This document shows, in pieces, positions 38,501 through 51,000 of a stretch of DNA of 64,000 bases. The position numbers were made by a program, and so were the translations under genes. The stretch is taken from the NCBI RefSeq assembly GCF_009914755.1, contig NC_060931.1, one strand, 5' to 3'. The first letter of the stretch is position 1, and every line of letters starts with the position of its first letter. Below the pieces are notes generated by a model. It saw only the letters and a program-made list of their open reading frames with translations. It had not been told where the DNA came from and searched no databases. The stretch is from the human T2T-CHM13v2.0 reference genome, Homo sapiens.

Positions 38501-40749
38501 AGTTCTCAGTAACTTTTTTGTGTTGTGTGTATTCAACTCACAGAGTTGAACCTTGCTTTAGAGAGAGCAGATTTGAAACACTCTTGCTGTGGCATTTTCA
38601 GGTGGAGATTTCAAGCGATTTGAGGACAATTGCAGAAAAGGAAATATCTTCGTATAATAACCAGACAGAATCATTCTCAGAAAGTGCTTTGTGATGTGTG
38701 CGTTCAACTCACAGAGTTTAACCTTTCTTTTCATAGAGGAGTTTGGAAACACACTGTTTGTAATGACTGCAAGTGGATATATGGACCTGTTTGAGGCCTT
38801 CGTTGGAAACGGGATTTCTTCATTGAATGCTAGACCGAAGAATTCTCAGTAAATTCTTTGTGTTGTGTGCATTCAACTCACAGAGTGGAACGTCCCTTTA
38901 GACAGAGCAGATTTGAAACACTCTTTTTGCGGAATTTCCAAGTGGAGATTTCTAGCCATTTGATGCCAACAGTAGAAAGGGAAATATCTTCAAATAAAAA
39001 CCAGACAGAATCATTCTCAGAAAATTCTTTGTGATGTGTGCGTTCAACTCACATAGTTTAACCTTTCTTTTCATAGAGCAGTTTGGAAACACTCTGTTTG
39101 TAAAGTCTGCAAGTGGATATATGGACCGCATTGAGGCCTTCGTTGGAAACGGGATTTCTTCATTTCATGCTAGACAGAAGAATTCTCAGTAACTTCTTTG
39201 TGCTGTGTGTATTCAACTCACAGAGTGCAACGTCCCTTTACACAGAGCAGATTTGAAACACTCTTTTTGTGGAGTTTGCAAGTGGAGATTTCAAGCGATT
39301 TTATGCCAACAGTAGAAAAGGAAATATCTTCAAATAAAAACTAGACAGAATCATTCTCAGAAACTACTTTGTGATGTGTGCCTTCAACTCACAGAGTTTA
39401 ACCTTTCTTTTCTTAGAGCAGCTTAGAAACACTCTGCTTGTTATGTCTGCAAGTGGATATTTGGACCTCTTTGAGGCCTTCGTTGCAAACGGGGTTTCTT
39501 CCTTTAATGCTAGACTAAGAAGAGTTCTCAGTAACTTTTTTGTGTTGTGTGTATTCAACTCACAGAGTTGAACCTTGCTTTAGAGAGAGCAGATTTGAAA
39601 CACTCTCGCTGTGGCATTATCAGGTGGAGATTTCAAACGATTTGAGGACAATTGCAGAAAAGGAAATATCTTCGTATAATAACCAGACAGAATCATTCTC
39701 AGAAAGTGCTTTGTGATGTGTGCGTTCAACTCACAGAGTTTAACCTTTCTTTTCATAGAGGAGTTTGGAAACACACTGTTTGTAAAGTCTGCAATTGGAT
39801 ATATGGACCTGTTTGAGGCCTTCGTTGGAAACGGGATTTCTTCATTGAATGCTAGACGGAAGGATTCTCAGTAAATTCTTTGTGTTGTGTGCATTCAACT
39901 CACAGAGTGGAACGTCCCTTTAGACAGAGCAGATTTGAAACACTCTTTTTGCGGAATTTGCAAGTGGAGATTTCTAGCCATTTGATGCCAACAGTAGAAA
40001 GGGAAATATCTTCAAATAAAAACCAGACAGAATCATTCTCAGAAAATTCTTTGTGATGTGTGCGTTCAACTCACATAGTTTAACCTTTCTTTTCATAGAG
40101 CAGTTTGGAAACACTCTGTTTGTAAAGTCTGCAAGTGGATATATGGACCGCATTGAGGCCTTCGTTGGAAACGGGATTTCTTCATTTCATACTAGACAGA
40201 AGAATTCTCAGTAACTTCTTTGTGCTGTGTGTATTCAACTCACAGAGTGGAACGTCCCTTTGCACAGAGCAGATTTGAAACACTCTTTTTGTGGAGTTTG
40301 CAAGTGGAGATTTCAAGCGATTTGATGCCAACAGTAGAAAAGGAAATATCTTCAAATAAAAACTAGACAGAATCATTCTCAGAAACTACTTTGTGATGTG
40401 TGCCTTTAACTCACAGAGTTTAACCTTTCTTTTCTTAGAGCAGTTTAGAAACACTCTGCTTGTTATGTCTGCAAGTGGATATTTGGACCTCTTTGAGGCC
40501 TTCGTTGCAAACGGGGTTTCTTCCTTTAATGCTAGACTAAGAAGAGTTCTCAGTAACTTTTTTGTGTTGTGTGTATTCAACTCACAGAGTTGAACCTTGC
40601 TTTAGAGAGAGCAGATTTAAAACACTCTTGCTGTGGCATTTTCAGGTGGAGATTTCAAGCGATTTGAGGACAATTGCAGAAAAGGAAATATCTTCGTATA
40701 ATAACCAGACAGAATCATTCTCAGAAAGTGCTTTGTGATGTGTGCGTTC

Positions 40750-43700
40750 AACTCACAGAGTTTAACCTTTCTTTTCATAGAGGAGTTTGGAAACACACTG
40801 TTTGTAAAGTCTGCAATTGGATATATGGACCTGTTTGAGGCCTCCGTTGGAAACGGGATTTCTTCATTGAATGCTAGACGGAAGAAATCTCAGTAAATTC
40901 TTTGTGTTGTGTGCATTCAACTCACAGAGTGGAACGTCCCTTTAGACAGAGCAGATTTGAAACACTCTTTTTGCGGAATTTGCAAGTGGAGATTTCTAGC
41001 CATTTGATGCCAACAGTAGAAAGGGAAATATCTTCAAATAAAAACCAGACAGAATCATTCTCAGAAAATTCTTTGTGATGTGTGCGTTCAACTCACATAG
41101 TTTAACCTTTCTTTTCATAGAGCAGTTTGGAAACACTCTGTTTGTAAAGTCTGCAAGTGGATATATGGACCGCATTGAGGCCTTCGTTGGAAACGGGATT
41201 TCTTCATTTCATGCTAGACAGAAGAATTCTCAGTAACTTCTTTGTGCTGTGTGTATTCAACTCACAGAGTGGAACGTCCCTTTGCACAGAGCAGATTTGA
41301 AACACTCTTTTTGTGGAGTTTGCAAGTGGAGATTTCAAGCGATTTGATGCCAACAGTAGAAAAGGAAGTATCTTCAAATAAAAACTAGACAGAATCATTC
41401 TCAGAAACTACTTTGTGATGTGTGCCTTCAACTCACAGAGTTTAACCTTTCTTTTCTTAGAGCAGCTTAGAAACACTCTGCTTGTTATGTCTGCAAGTGG
41501 ATATTTGGACCTCTTTGAGGCCTTCGTTGCAAACGGGGTTTCTTCCTTTCATGCTAGACTAAGAAGAGTTCTCAGTAACTTTTTTGTGTTGTGTGTATTC
41601 AACTCACAGAGTTGAACCTTGCTTTAGAGAGAGCAGATTTGAAACACTCTTGCTGTGGCATTTTCAGGTGGAGATTTCAAGCGATTTGAGGACAATTGCA
41701 GAAAAGGAAATATCTTCGTATAATAACCAGACAGAATCATTCTCAGAAAGTGCTTTGTGATGTGTGCGTTCGACTCACAGAGTTTAACCTTTCTTTTCAT
41801 AGAGGAGTTTGGAAACACACTGTTTGTAAAGTCTGCAATTGGATATATGGACCTCTTTGAGGCCTCCGTTGGAAACGGGATTTCTTCATTGAATGCTAGA
41901 CGGAAGAAATCTCAGTAAATTCTTTGTGTTGTGTGCATTCAACTCACAGAGTGGAACGTCCCTTTAGACAGAGCAGATTTGAAACACTCTTTTTGCGGAA
42001 TTTGCAAGTGGAGATTTCTAGCCATTTGATGCCAACAGTAGAAAGGGAAATATCTTCAAATAAAAACCAGACAGAATCATTCTCAGAAAATTCTTTGTGA
42101 TGTGTGCGTTCAACTCACATAGTTTAACCTTTCTTTTCATAGAGCAGTTTGGAAACACTCTGTTTGTAAAGTCTGCAAGTGGATATATGGACCGCATTGA
42201 GGCCTTCGTTGGAAACGGGATTTCTTCATTTCATGCTAGACAGAAGAATTCTCAGTAACTTCTTTGTGCTGTGTGTATTCAACTCACAGAGTGGAACGTC
42301 CCTTTGCACAGAGCAGTTTTGAAACACTCTTTTTGTGGAGTTTGCAAGTGGAGATTTCAAGCGATTTGATGCCAACAGTAGAAAAGGAAGTATCTTCAAA
42401 TAAAAACTAGACAGAATCATTCTCAGAAACTACTTTGTGATGTGTGCCTTCAACTCACAGAGTTTAACCTTTCTTTTCTTAGAGCAGCTTAGAAACACTC
42501 TGCTTGTTATGTCTGCAAGTAGATATTTGGACCTCTTTGAGGCCTTCGTTGCAAACGGGGTTTATTCCTTTAATGCTAGACTAAGAAGAGTTCTCAGTAA
42601 CTTTTTTGTGTTGTGTGTATTCAACTCACAGAGTTGAACCTTGCTTTAGAGAGAGCAGATTTGAAACACTCTTGCTGTGGCATTTTCAGGTGGAGATTTC
42701 AAACGATTTGAGGACAATTGCAGAAAAGGAAATATCTTCGTATAATAACCAGACAGAATCATTCTCAGAAAGTGCTTTGTGATGTGTGCGTTCAACTCAC
42801 AGAGTTTAACCTTTCTTTTCATAGAGGAGTTTGGAAACACACTGTTTGTAAAGTCTGCAATTGGATATATGGACCTGTTTGAGGCCTCCGTTGGAAACGG
42901 GATTTCTTCATTGAATGCTAGACGGAAGAAATCTCAGTAAATTCTTTGTGTTGTGTGCATTCAACTCACAGAGTGGAACGTCCCTTTAGACAGAGCAGAT
43001 TTGAAACACTCTTTTTGCGGAATTTGCAAGTGGAGATTTCTAGCCATTTGATGCCAACAGTAGAAAGGGAAATATCTTCAAATAAAAACCAGACAGAATC
43101 ATTCTCAGAAAATTCTTTGTGATGTGTGCGTTCAACTCACATAGTTTAACCTTTCTTTTCATAGAGCAGTTTGGAAACACTCTGTTTGTAAAGTCTGCAA
43201 GTGGATATATGGACCGCATTGAGGCCTTCGTTGGAAACGGGATTTCTTCATTTCATGCTAGACAGAAGAATTCTCAGTAACTTCTTTGTGCTGTGTGTAT
43301 TCAACTCACAGAGTGGAACGTCCCTTTGCACAGAGCAGATTTGAAACACTCTTTTTGTGGAGTTTGCAAGTGGAGATTTCAAGCGATTTGATGCCAACAG
43401 TAGAAAAGGAAGTATCTTCAAATAAAAACTAGACAGAATCATTCTCAGAAACTACTTTGTGATGTGTGCCTTCAACTCACAGAGTTTAACCTTTCTTTTC
43501 TTAGAGCAGCTTAGAAACACTCTGCTTGTTATGTCTGCAAGTGGATATTTGGACCTCTTTGAGGCCTTCGTTGCAAACGGGGTTTCTTCCTTTCATGCTA
43601 GACTAAGAAGAGTTCTCAGTAACTTTTTTGTGTTGTGTGTATTCAACTCACAGAGTTGAACCTTGCTTTAGAGAGAGCAGATTTGAAACACTCTTGCTGT

Positions 43701-44850
43701 GGCATTTTCAGGTGGAGATTTCAAGCGATTTGAGGACAATTGCAGAAAAGGAAATATCTTCGTATAATAACCAGACAGAATCATTCTCAGAAAGTGCTTT
43801 GTGATGTGTGCGTTCGACTCACAGAGTTTAACCTTTCTTTTCATAGAGGAGTTTGGAAACACACTGTTTGTAAAGTCTGCAATTGGATATATGGACCTCT
43901 TTGAGGCCTCCGTTGGAAACGGGATTTCTTCATTGAATGCTAGACGGAAGAAATCTCAGTAAATTCTTTGTGTTGTGTGCATTCAACTCACAGAGTGGAA
44001 CGTCCCTTTAGACAGAGCAGATTTGAAACACTCTTTTTGCGGAATTTGCAAGTGGAGATTTCTAGCCATTTGATGCCAACAGTAGAAAGGGAAATATCTT
44101 CAAATAAAAACCAGACAGAATCATTCTCAGAAAATTCTTTGTGATGTGTGCGTTCAACTCACATAGTTTAACCTTTCTTTTCATAGAGCAGTTTGGAAAC
44201 ACTCTGTTTGTAAAGTCTGCAAGTGGATATATGGACCGCATTGAGGCCTTCGTTGGAAACGGGATTTCTTCATTTCATGCTAGACAGAAGAATTCTCAGT
44301 AACTTCTTTGTGCTGTGTGTATTCAACTCACAGAGTGGAACGTCCCTTTGCACAGAGCAGTTTTGAAACACTCTTTTTGTGGAGTTTGCAAGTGGAGATT
44401 TCAAGCGATTTGATGCCAACAGTAGAAAAGGAAGTATCTTCAAATAAAAACTAGACAGAATCATTCTCAGAAACTACTTTGTGATGTGTGCCTTCAACTC
44501 ACAGAGTTTAACCTTTCTTTTCTTAGAGCAGCTTAGAAACACTCTGCTTGTTATGTCTGCAAGTAGATATTTGGACCTCTTTGAGGCCTTCGTTGCAAAC
44601 GGGGTTTATTCCTTTAATGCTAGACTAAGAAGAGTTCTCAGTAACTTTTTTGTGTTGTGTGTATTCAACTCACAGAGTTGAACCTTGCTTTAGAGAGAGC
44701 AGATTTGAAACACTCTTGCTGTGGCATTTTCAGGTGGAGATTTCAAACGATTTGAGGACAATTGCAGAAAAGGAAATATCTTCGTATAATAACCAGACAG
44801 AATCATTCTCAGAAAGTGCTTTGTGATGTGTGCGTTCAACTCACAGAGTT
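40750..44850 (+). repeat. Tandem duplication of a 2-HOR block (period 2044 bp)
   Basis: GTTCGACTC at ~41770 and ~43814; GAGCAGTTTTG at ~42311 and ~44355; GCAAGTAGAT at ~42517 and ~44561. Confidence 0.88.
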
Positions 44851-45009
44851 TAACCTTTCCTTTCATAGAGGAGTTTGGAAACACACTGTTTGTAAAGTCT
44901 GCAATTGGATATATGGACCTGTTTGAGGCCTTCGTTGGAAACGGGATTTTATCATATAATGCTAGAAGGAAGAATTCTCAGTAAATTCTTTGTGTTGTAT
45001 CCATTCAAC

Positions 45010-48000
45010 TCACAGAGTGGAACGTCCCTTTAGACAGAGCAGATTTGAAACACTCTTTTTGCGGAATTTGCAAGTGGAGATTTCTAGCCATTTGATGCCA
45101 ACAGTAGAAAGTTAAATATCTTCAAATAAAAACCAGACAGAATCATTCTCAGAAAATTCTTTGTGATGTGTGCGTTCAACTCACATAGTTTAACCTTTCT
45201 TTTCATAGAGCAGTTTGGAAACACTCTGTTTGTAAAGTCTGCAAGTGGATATATGGACCGCATTGAGGCCTTCGTTGGAAACGGGATTTCTTCATTTCAT
45301 GCTAGACAGAAGAATTCTCAGTAACTTCTTTGTGCTGTGTGTATTCAACTCACAGAGTGGAACGTCCCTTTACACAGAGCAGATTTGAAACACTCTTTTT
45401 GTGGAGTTTGCAAGTGGAGATTTCAAGCGATTTGATGCCAACAGTAGAAAATGAAATATCTTCAAATAAAAACTAGACAGAATCATTCTCAGAAACTACT
45501 TTGTGATGTGTGCCTTCAACTCACAGAGTTTAACCTTTCTTTTCTTAGAGCAGTTTAGAAACACTCTGCTTGTTATGTCTGCAAGTGGATATTTGGACCT
45601 CTTTGAGGCCTTCGTTGCAAACGGGGTTTCTTCCTTTAATGCTAGACTAAGAAGAGTTCTCAGTAACTTTTTTGTGTTGTGTGTATTCAACTCACAGAGT
45701 TGAACCTTGCTTTAGAGAGAGCAGATTTGAAACACTCTCGCTGTGGAATTTTCAGGTGGAGATTTCAAGCGATTTGAGGACAATTGCAGAAAAGGAAATA
45801 TCTTCGTATAATAACCAGACAGAATCATTCTCAGAAAGTGCTTTGTGATGTGTGCGTTCAACTCACAGAGTTTAACCTTTCTTTTCATAGAGGAGTTTGG
45901 AAACACACTGTTTGTAAAGTCTGCAATTGGATATATGGACCTGTTTGAGGCCTTCGTTGGAAACGGGATTTCTTCATTGAATGCTAGGCGGAAGAATTCT
46001 CAGTAAATTCTTTGTGTTGTGTGCATTCAACTCACAGAGTGGAACGTCCCTTTAGACAGAGCAGATTTGAAACACTCTTTTTGCGGAATTTGCAAGTGGA
46101 GATTTCTAGCCATTTGATGCCAACAGTAGAAAGGGAAATATCTTCAAATAAAAACCAGACAGAATCATTCTCAGAAAATTCTTTGTGATGTGTGCGTTCA
46201 ACTCACATAGTTTAACCTTTCTTTTCATAGAGCAGTTTGGAAACACTCTGTTTGTAAAGTCTGCAAGTGGATATATGGACCGCATTGAGGCCTTCGTTGG
46301 AAATGGGATTTCTTCATTTCATGCTAGACAGAAGAATTCTCAGTAACTTCTTTGTGCTGTGTGTATTCAACTCACAGAGTGGAACGTCCCTTTGCACAGA
46401 GCAGATTTGAAACACTCTTTTTGTGGAGTTTGCAAGTGGAGATTTCAAGCGATTTGATGCCAACAGTAGAAAAGGAAATATCTTCAAATAAAAACTAGAC
46501 AGAATCATTCTCAGAAACTACTTTGTGATGTGTGCCTTCAACTCACAGAGTTTAACCTTTCTTTTCTTAGAGCAGTTTAGAAACACTCTGCTTGTTATGT
46601 CTGCAAGTGGATATTTGGACCTCTTTGAGGCCTTCGTTGCAAACGGGGTTTCTTCCTTTCATGCTAGACTAAGAAGAGTTCTCAGTAACTTTTTTGTGTT
46701 GTGTGTATTCAACTCACAGAGTTGAACCTTGCTTTAGAGAGAGCAGATTTGAAACACTCTTGCTGTGGCATTTTCAGGTGGAGATTTCAAGCGATTTGAG
46801 GACAATTGCAGAAAAGGAAATATCTTCGTATAATAACCAGACAGAATCATTCTCAGAAAGTGCTTTGTGATGTGTGCGTTCAACTCACAGAGTTTAACCT
46901 TTCTTTTCATAGAGGAGTTTGGAAACACACTGTTTGTAAAGTCTGCAATTGGATATATGGACCTGTTTGAGGCCTTCGTTGGAAACGGGATTTCTTCATT
47001 GAATGCTAGACGGAAGAATTCTCAGTAAATTCTTTGTGTTGTGTGCATTCAACTCACAGAGTGGAACGTCCCTTTAGACAGAGCAGATTTGAAACACTCT
47101 TTTTGCGGAATTTGCAAGTGGAGATTTCTAGCCATTTGATGCCAACAGTAGAAAGGGAAATATCTTCAAATAAAAACCAGACAGAATCATTCTCAGAAAA
47201 TTCTTTGTGATGTGTGCGTTCAACTCACATAGTTTAACCTTTCTTTTCCTAGAGCAGTTTGGAAACACTCTGTTTGTAAAGTCTGCAAGTGGATATATGG
47301 ACCGCATTGAGGCCTTCGTTGGAAACGGGATTTCTTCATTTCATGCTAGACAGAAGAATTCTCAGTAACTTCTTTGTGCTGTGTGTATTCAACTCACAGA
47401 GTGGAACGTCCCTTTAGACAGAGCAGATTTGAAACACTCTTTTTGTGGAGTTTGCAAGTGGAGATTTCAAGCGATTTGATGCCAACAGTAGAAAATGAAA
47501 TATCTTCAAATAAAAACTAGACAGAATCATTCTCAGAAACTACTTTGTGATGTGTGCCTTCAACTCACAGAGTTTAACCTTTCTTTTCTTAGAGCAGTTT
47601 AGAAACACTCTGCTTGTTATGTCTGCAAGTGGATATTTGGACCTCTTTGAGGCCTTCGTTGCAAACGGGGTTTCTTCCTTTAATGCTAGACTAAGAAGAG
47701 TTCTCAGTAACTTTTTTGTGTTGTGTGTATTCAACTCACAGAGTTGAACCTTGCTTTAGAGAGAGCAGATTTGAAACACTCTCGCTGTGGAATTTTCAGG
47801 TGGAGATTACAAGCGATTTGAGGACAATTGCAGAAAAGGAAATATCTTCGTATAATAAACAGACAGAATCATTCTCAGAAAGTGCTTTGTGATGTGTGCG
47901 TTCAACTCACAGAGTTTAACCATTCTTTTCATAGAGGAGCTTGGAAACACACTGTTTGTAAAGTCTGCAATTGGATATATGGACCTGTTTGAGGCCTCCG

Positions 48001-51000
48001 TTGGAAACGGGATTTCTTCATTGAATGCTAGACGGAAGAATTCTCAGTAAATTCTTTGTGTTGTGTGCATTGAACTCACAGAGTGGAACGTCCCTTTAGA
48101 CAGAGCAGATTTGAAACACTCTTTTTGCGGAATTTGCAAGTGGAGATTTCTAGCCATTTGATGTCAACAGTAGAAAGGGAAATATCTTCAAATAAAAACC
48201 AGACAGAATCATTCTCAGAAAATTCTTTGTGATGTGTGCGTTCAACTCACATAGTTTAACCTTTCTTTTCATAGAGCAGTTTGGAAACACTCTGTTTGTA
48301 AAGTCTGCAAGTGGATATATGGACCGCATTGAGGCCTTCGTTGGAAACGGGATTTCTTCATTTCATGCTAGACAGAAGAATTCTCAGTAACTTCTTTGTG
48401 CTGTGTGTATTCAACTCACAGAGTGGAACGTCCCTTTGCACAGAGCAGATTTGAAACACTCTTTTTGTGGAGTTTGCAAGTGGAGATTTCAAGCGATTTG
48501 ATGCCAACAGTAGAAAAGGAAATATCTTCAAATAAAAACTAGACAGAATCATTCTCAGAAACTACTTTGTGATGTGTGCCTTCAACTCACAGAGTTTAAC
48601 CTTTCTTTTCTTAGAGCAGTTTAGAAACACTCTGCTTGTTATGTCTGCAAGTGGATATTTGGACCTCTTTGAGGCCTTCGTTGCAAACGGGGTTTCTTCC
48701 TTTCATGCTAGACTAAGAAGAGTTCTCAGTAACTTTTTTGTGTTGTGTGTATTCAACTCACAGAGTTGAACCTTGCTTTAGAGAGAGCAGATTTGAAACA
48801 CTCTTGCTGTGGCATTTTCAGGTGGAGATTTCAAGCGATTTGAGGACAATTGCAGAAAAGGAAATATCTTCGTATAATAACCAGACAGAATCATTCTCAG
48901 AAAGTGCTTTGTGATGTGTGCGTTCAACTCACAGAGTTTAACCTTTCTTTTCATAGAGGAGTTTGGAAACACACTGTTTGTAAAGACTGCAAGTGGATAT
49001 ATGGACCTGTTTGAGGCCTTCGTTGGAAACGGGATTTCTTCATTGAATGCTAGACGGAAGAATTCTCAGTAAATTCTTTGTGTTGTGTGCATTCAACTCA
49101 CAGAGTGGAACGTCCCTTTAGACAGAGCAGATTTGAAACACTCTTTTTGCGGAATTTGCAAGTGGAGATTTCTAGCCATTTGATGCCAACAGTAGAAAGG
49201 GAAATATCTTCAAATAAAAACCAGACAGAATCATTCTCAGAAAATTCTTTGTGATGTGTGCGTTCAACTCACATAGTTTAACCTTTCTTTTCATAGAGCA
49301 GTTTGGAAACACTCTGTTTGTAAAGTCTGCAAGTGGATATATGGACCGCATTGAGGCCTTCGTTGGAAACGGGATTTCTTCATTTCATGCTAGACAGAAG
49401 AATTCTCAGTAACTCCTTTGTGCTGTGTGTATTCAACTCACAGAGTGCAACGTCCCTTTACACACAGCAGATTTGAAACACTCTTTTTGTGGAGTTTGCA
49501 AGTGGAGATTTCAAGCGATTTTATGCCAACAGTAGAAAAGGAAATATCTTCAAATAAAAACTAGACAGAATCATTCTCAGAAACTACTTTGTGATGTGTG
49601 CCTTCAACTCACAGAGTTTAACCTTTCTTTTCTTAGAGCAGCTTAGAAACACTCTGCTTGTTATGTCTGCAAGTGGATATTTGGACCTCTTTGAGGCCTT
49701 CGTTGCAAACGGGGTTTCTTCCTTTAATGCTAGACTAAGAAGAGTTCTCAGTAACTTTTTTGTGTTGTGTGTATTCAACTCACAGAGTTGAACCTTGCTT
49801 TAGAGAGAGCAGATTTGAAACACTCTCGCTGTGGCATTATCAGGTGGAGATTTCAAACGATTTGAGGACAATTGCAGAAAAGGAAATATCTTCGTATAAT
49901 AACCAGACAGAATCATTCTCAGAAAGTGCTTTGTGATGTGTGCGTTCAACTCACAGAGTTTAACCTTTCTTTTCATAGAGGAGTTTGGAAACACACTGTT
50001 TGTAAAGTCTGCAATTGGATATATGGACCTGTTTGAGGCCTTCGTTGGAAACGGGATTTCTTCATTGAATGCTAGACGGAAGAAATCTCAGTAAATTCTT
50101 TGTGTTGTGTGCATTCAACTCACAGAGTGGAACGTCCCTTTAGACAGAGCAGATTTGAAACACTCTTTTTGCGGAATTTGCAAGTGGAGATTTCTAGCCA
50201 TTTGATGCCAACAGTAGAAAGTTAAATATCTTCAAATAAAAACCAGACAGAATCATTCTCAGAAAATTCTTTGTGATGTGTGCGTTCAACTCACATAGTT
50301 TAACCTTTCTTTTCATAGAGCAGTTTGGAAACACTCTGTTTGTAAAGTCTGCAAGTGGATATATGGACCGCATTGAGGCCTTCGTTGGAAACGGGATTTC
50401 TTCATTTCATGCTAGACAGAAGAATTCTCAGTAACTTCTTTGTGCTGTGTGTATTCAACTCACAGAGTGGAACGTCCCTTTACACAGAGCAGATTTGAAA
50501 CACTCTTTTTGTGGAGTTTGCAAGTGGAGATTTCAAGCGATTTGATGCCAACAGTAGAAAATGAAATATCTTCAAATAAAAACTAGACAGAATCATTCTC
50601 AGAAACTACTTTGTGATGTGTGCCTTCAACTCACAGAGTTTAACCTTTCTTTTCTTAGAGCAGTTTAGAAACACTCTGCTTGTTATGTCTGCAAGTGGAT
50701 ATTTGGACCTCTTTGAGGCCTTCGTTGCAAACGGGGTTTCTTCCTTTAATGCTAGACTAAGAAGAGTTCTCAGTAACTTTTTTGTGTTGTGTGTATTCAA
50801 CTCACAGAGTTGAACCTTGCTTTAGAGAGAGCAGATTTGAAACACTCTCGCTGTGGAATTTTCAGGTGGAGATTTCAAGCGATTTGAGGACAATTGCAGA
50901 AAAGGAAATATCTTCGTATAATAACCAGACAGAATCATTCTCAGAAAGTGCTTTGTGATGTGTGCGTTCAACTCACAGAGTTTAACCTTTCTTTTCATAG

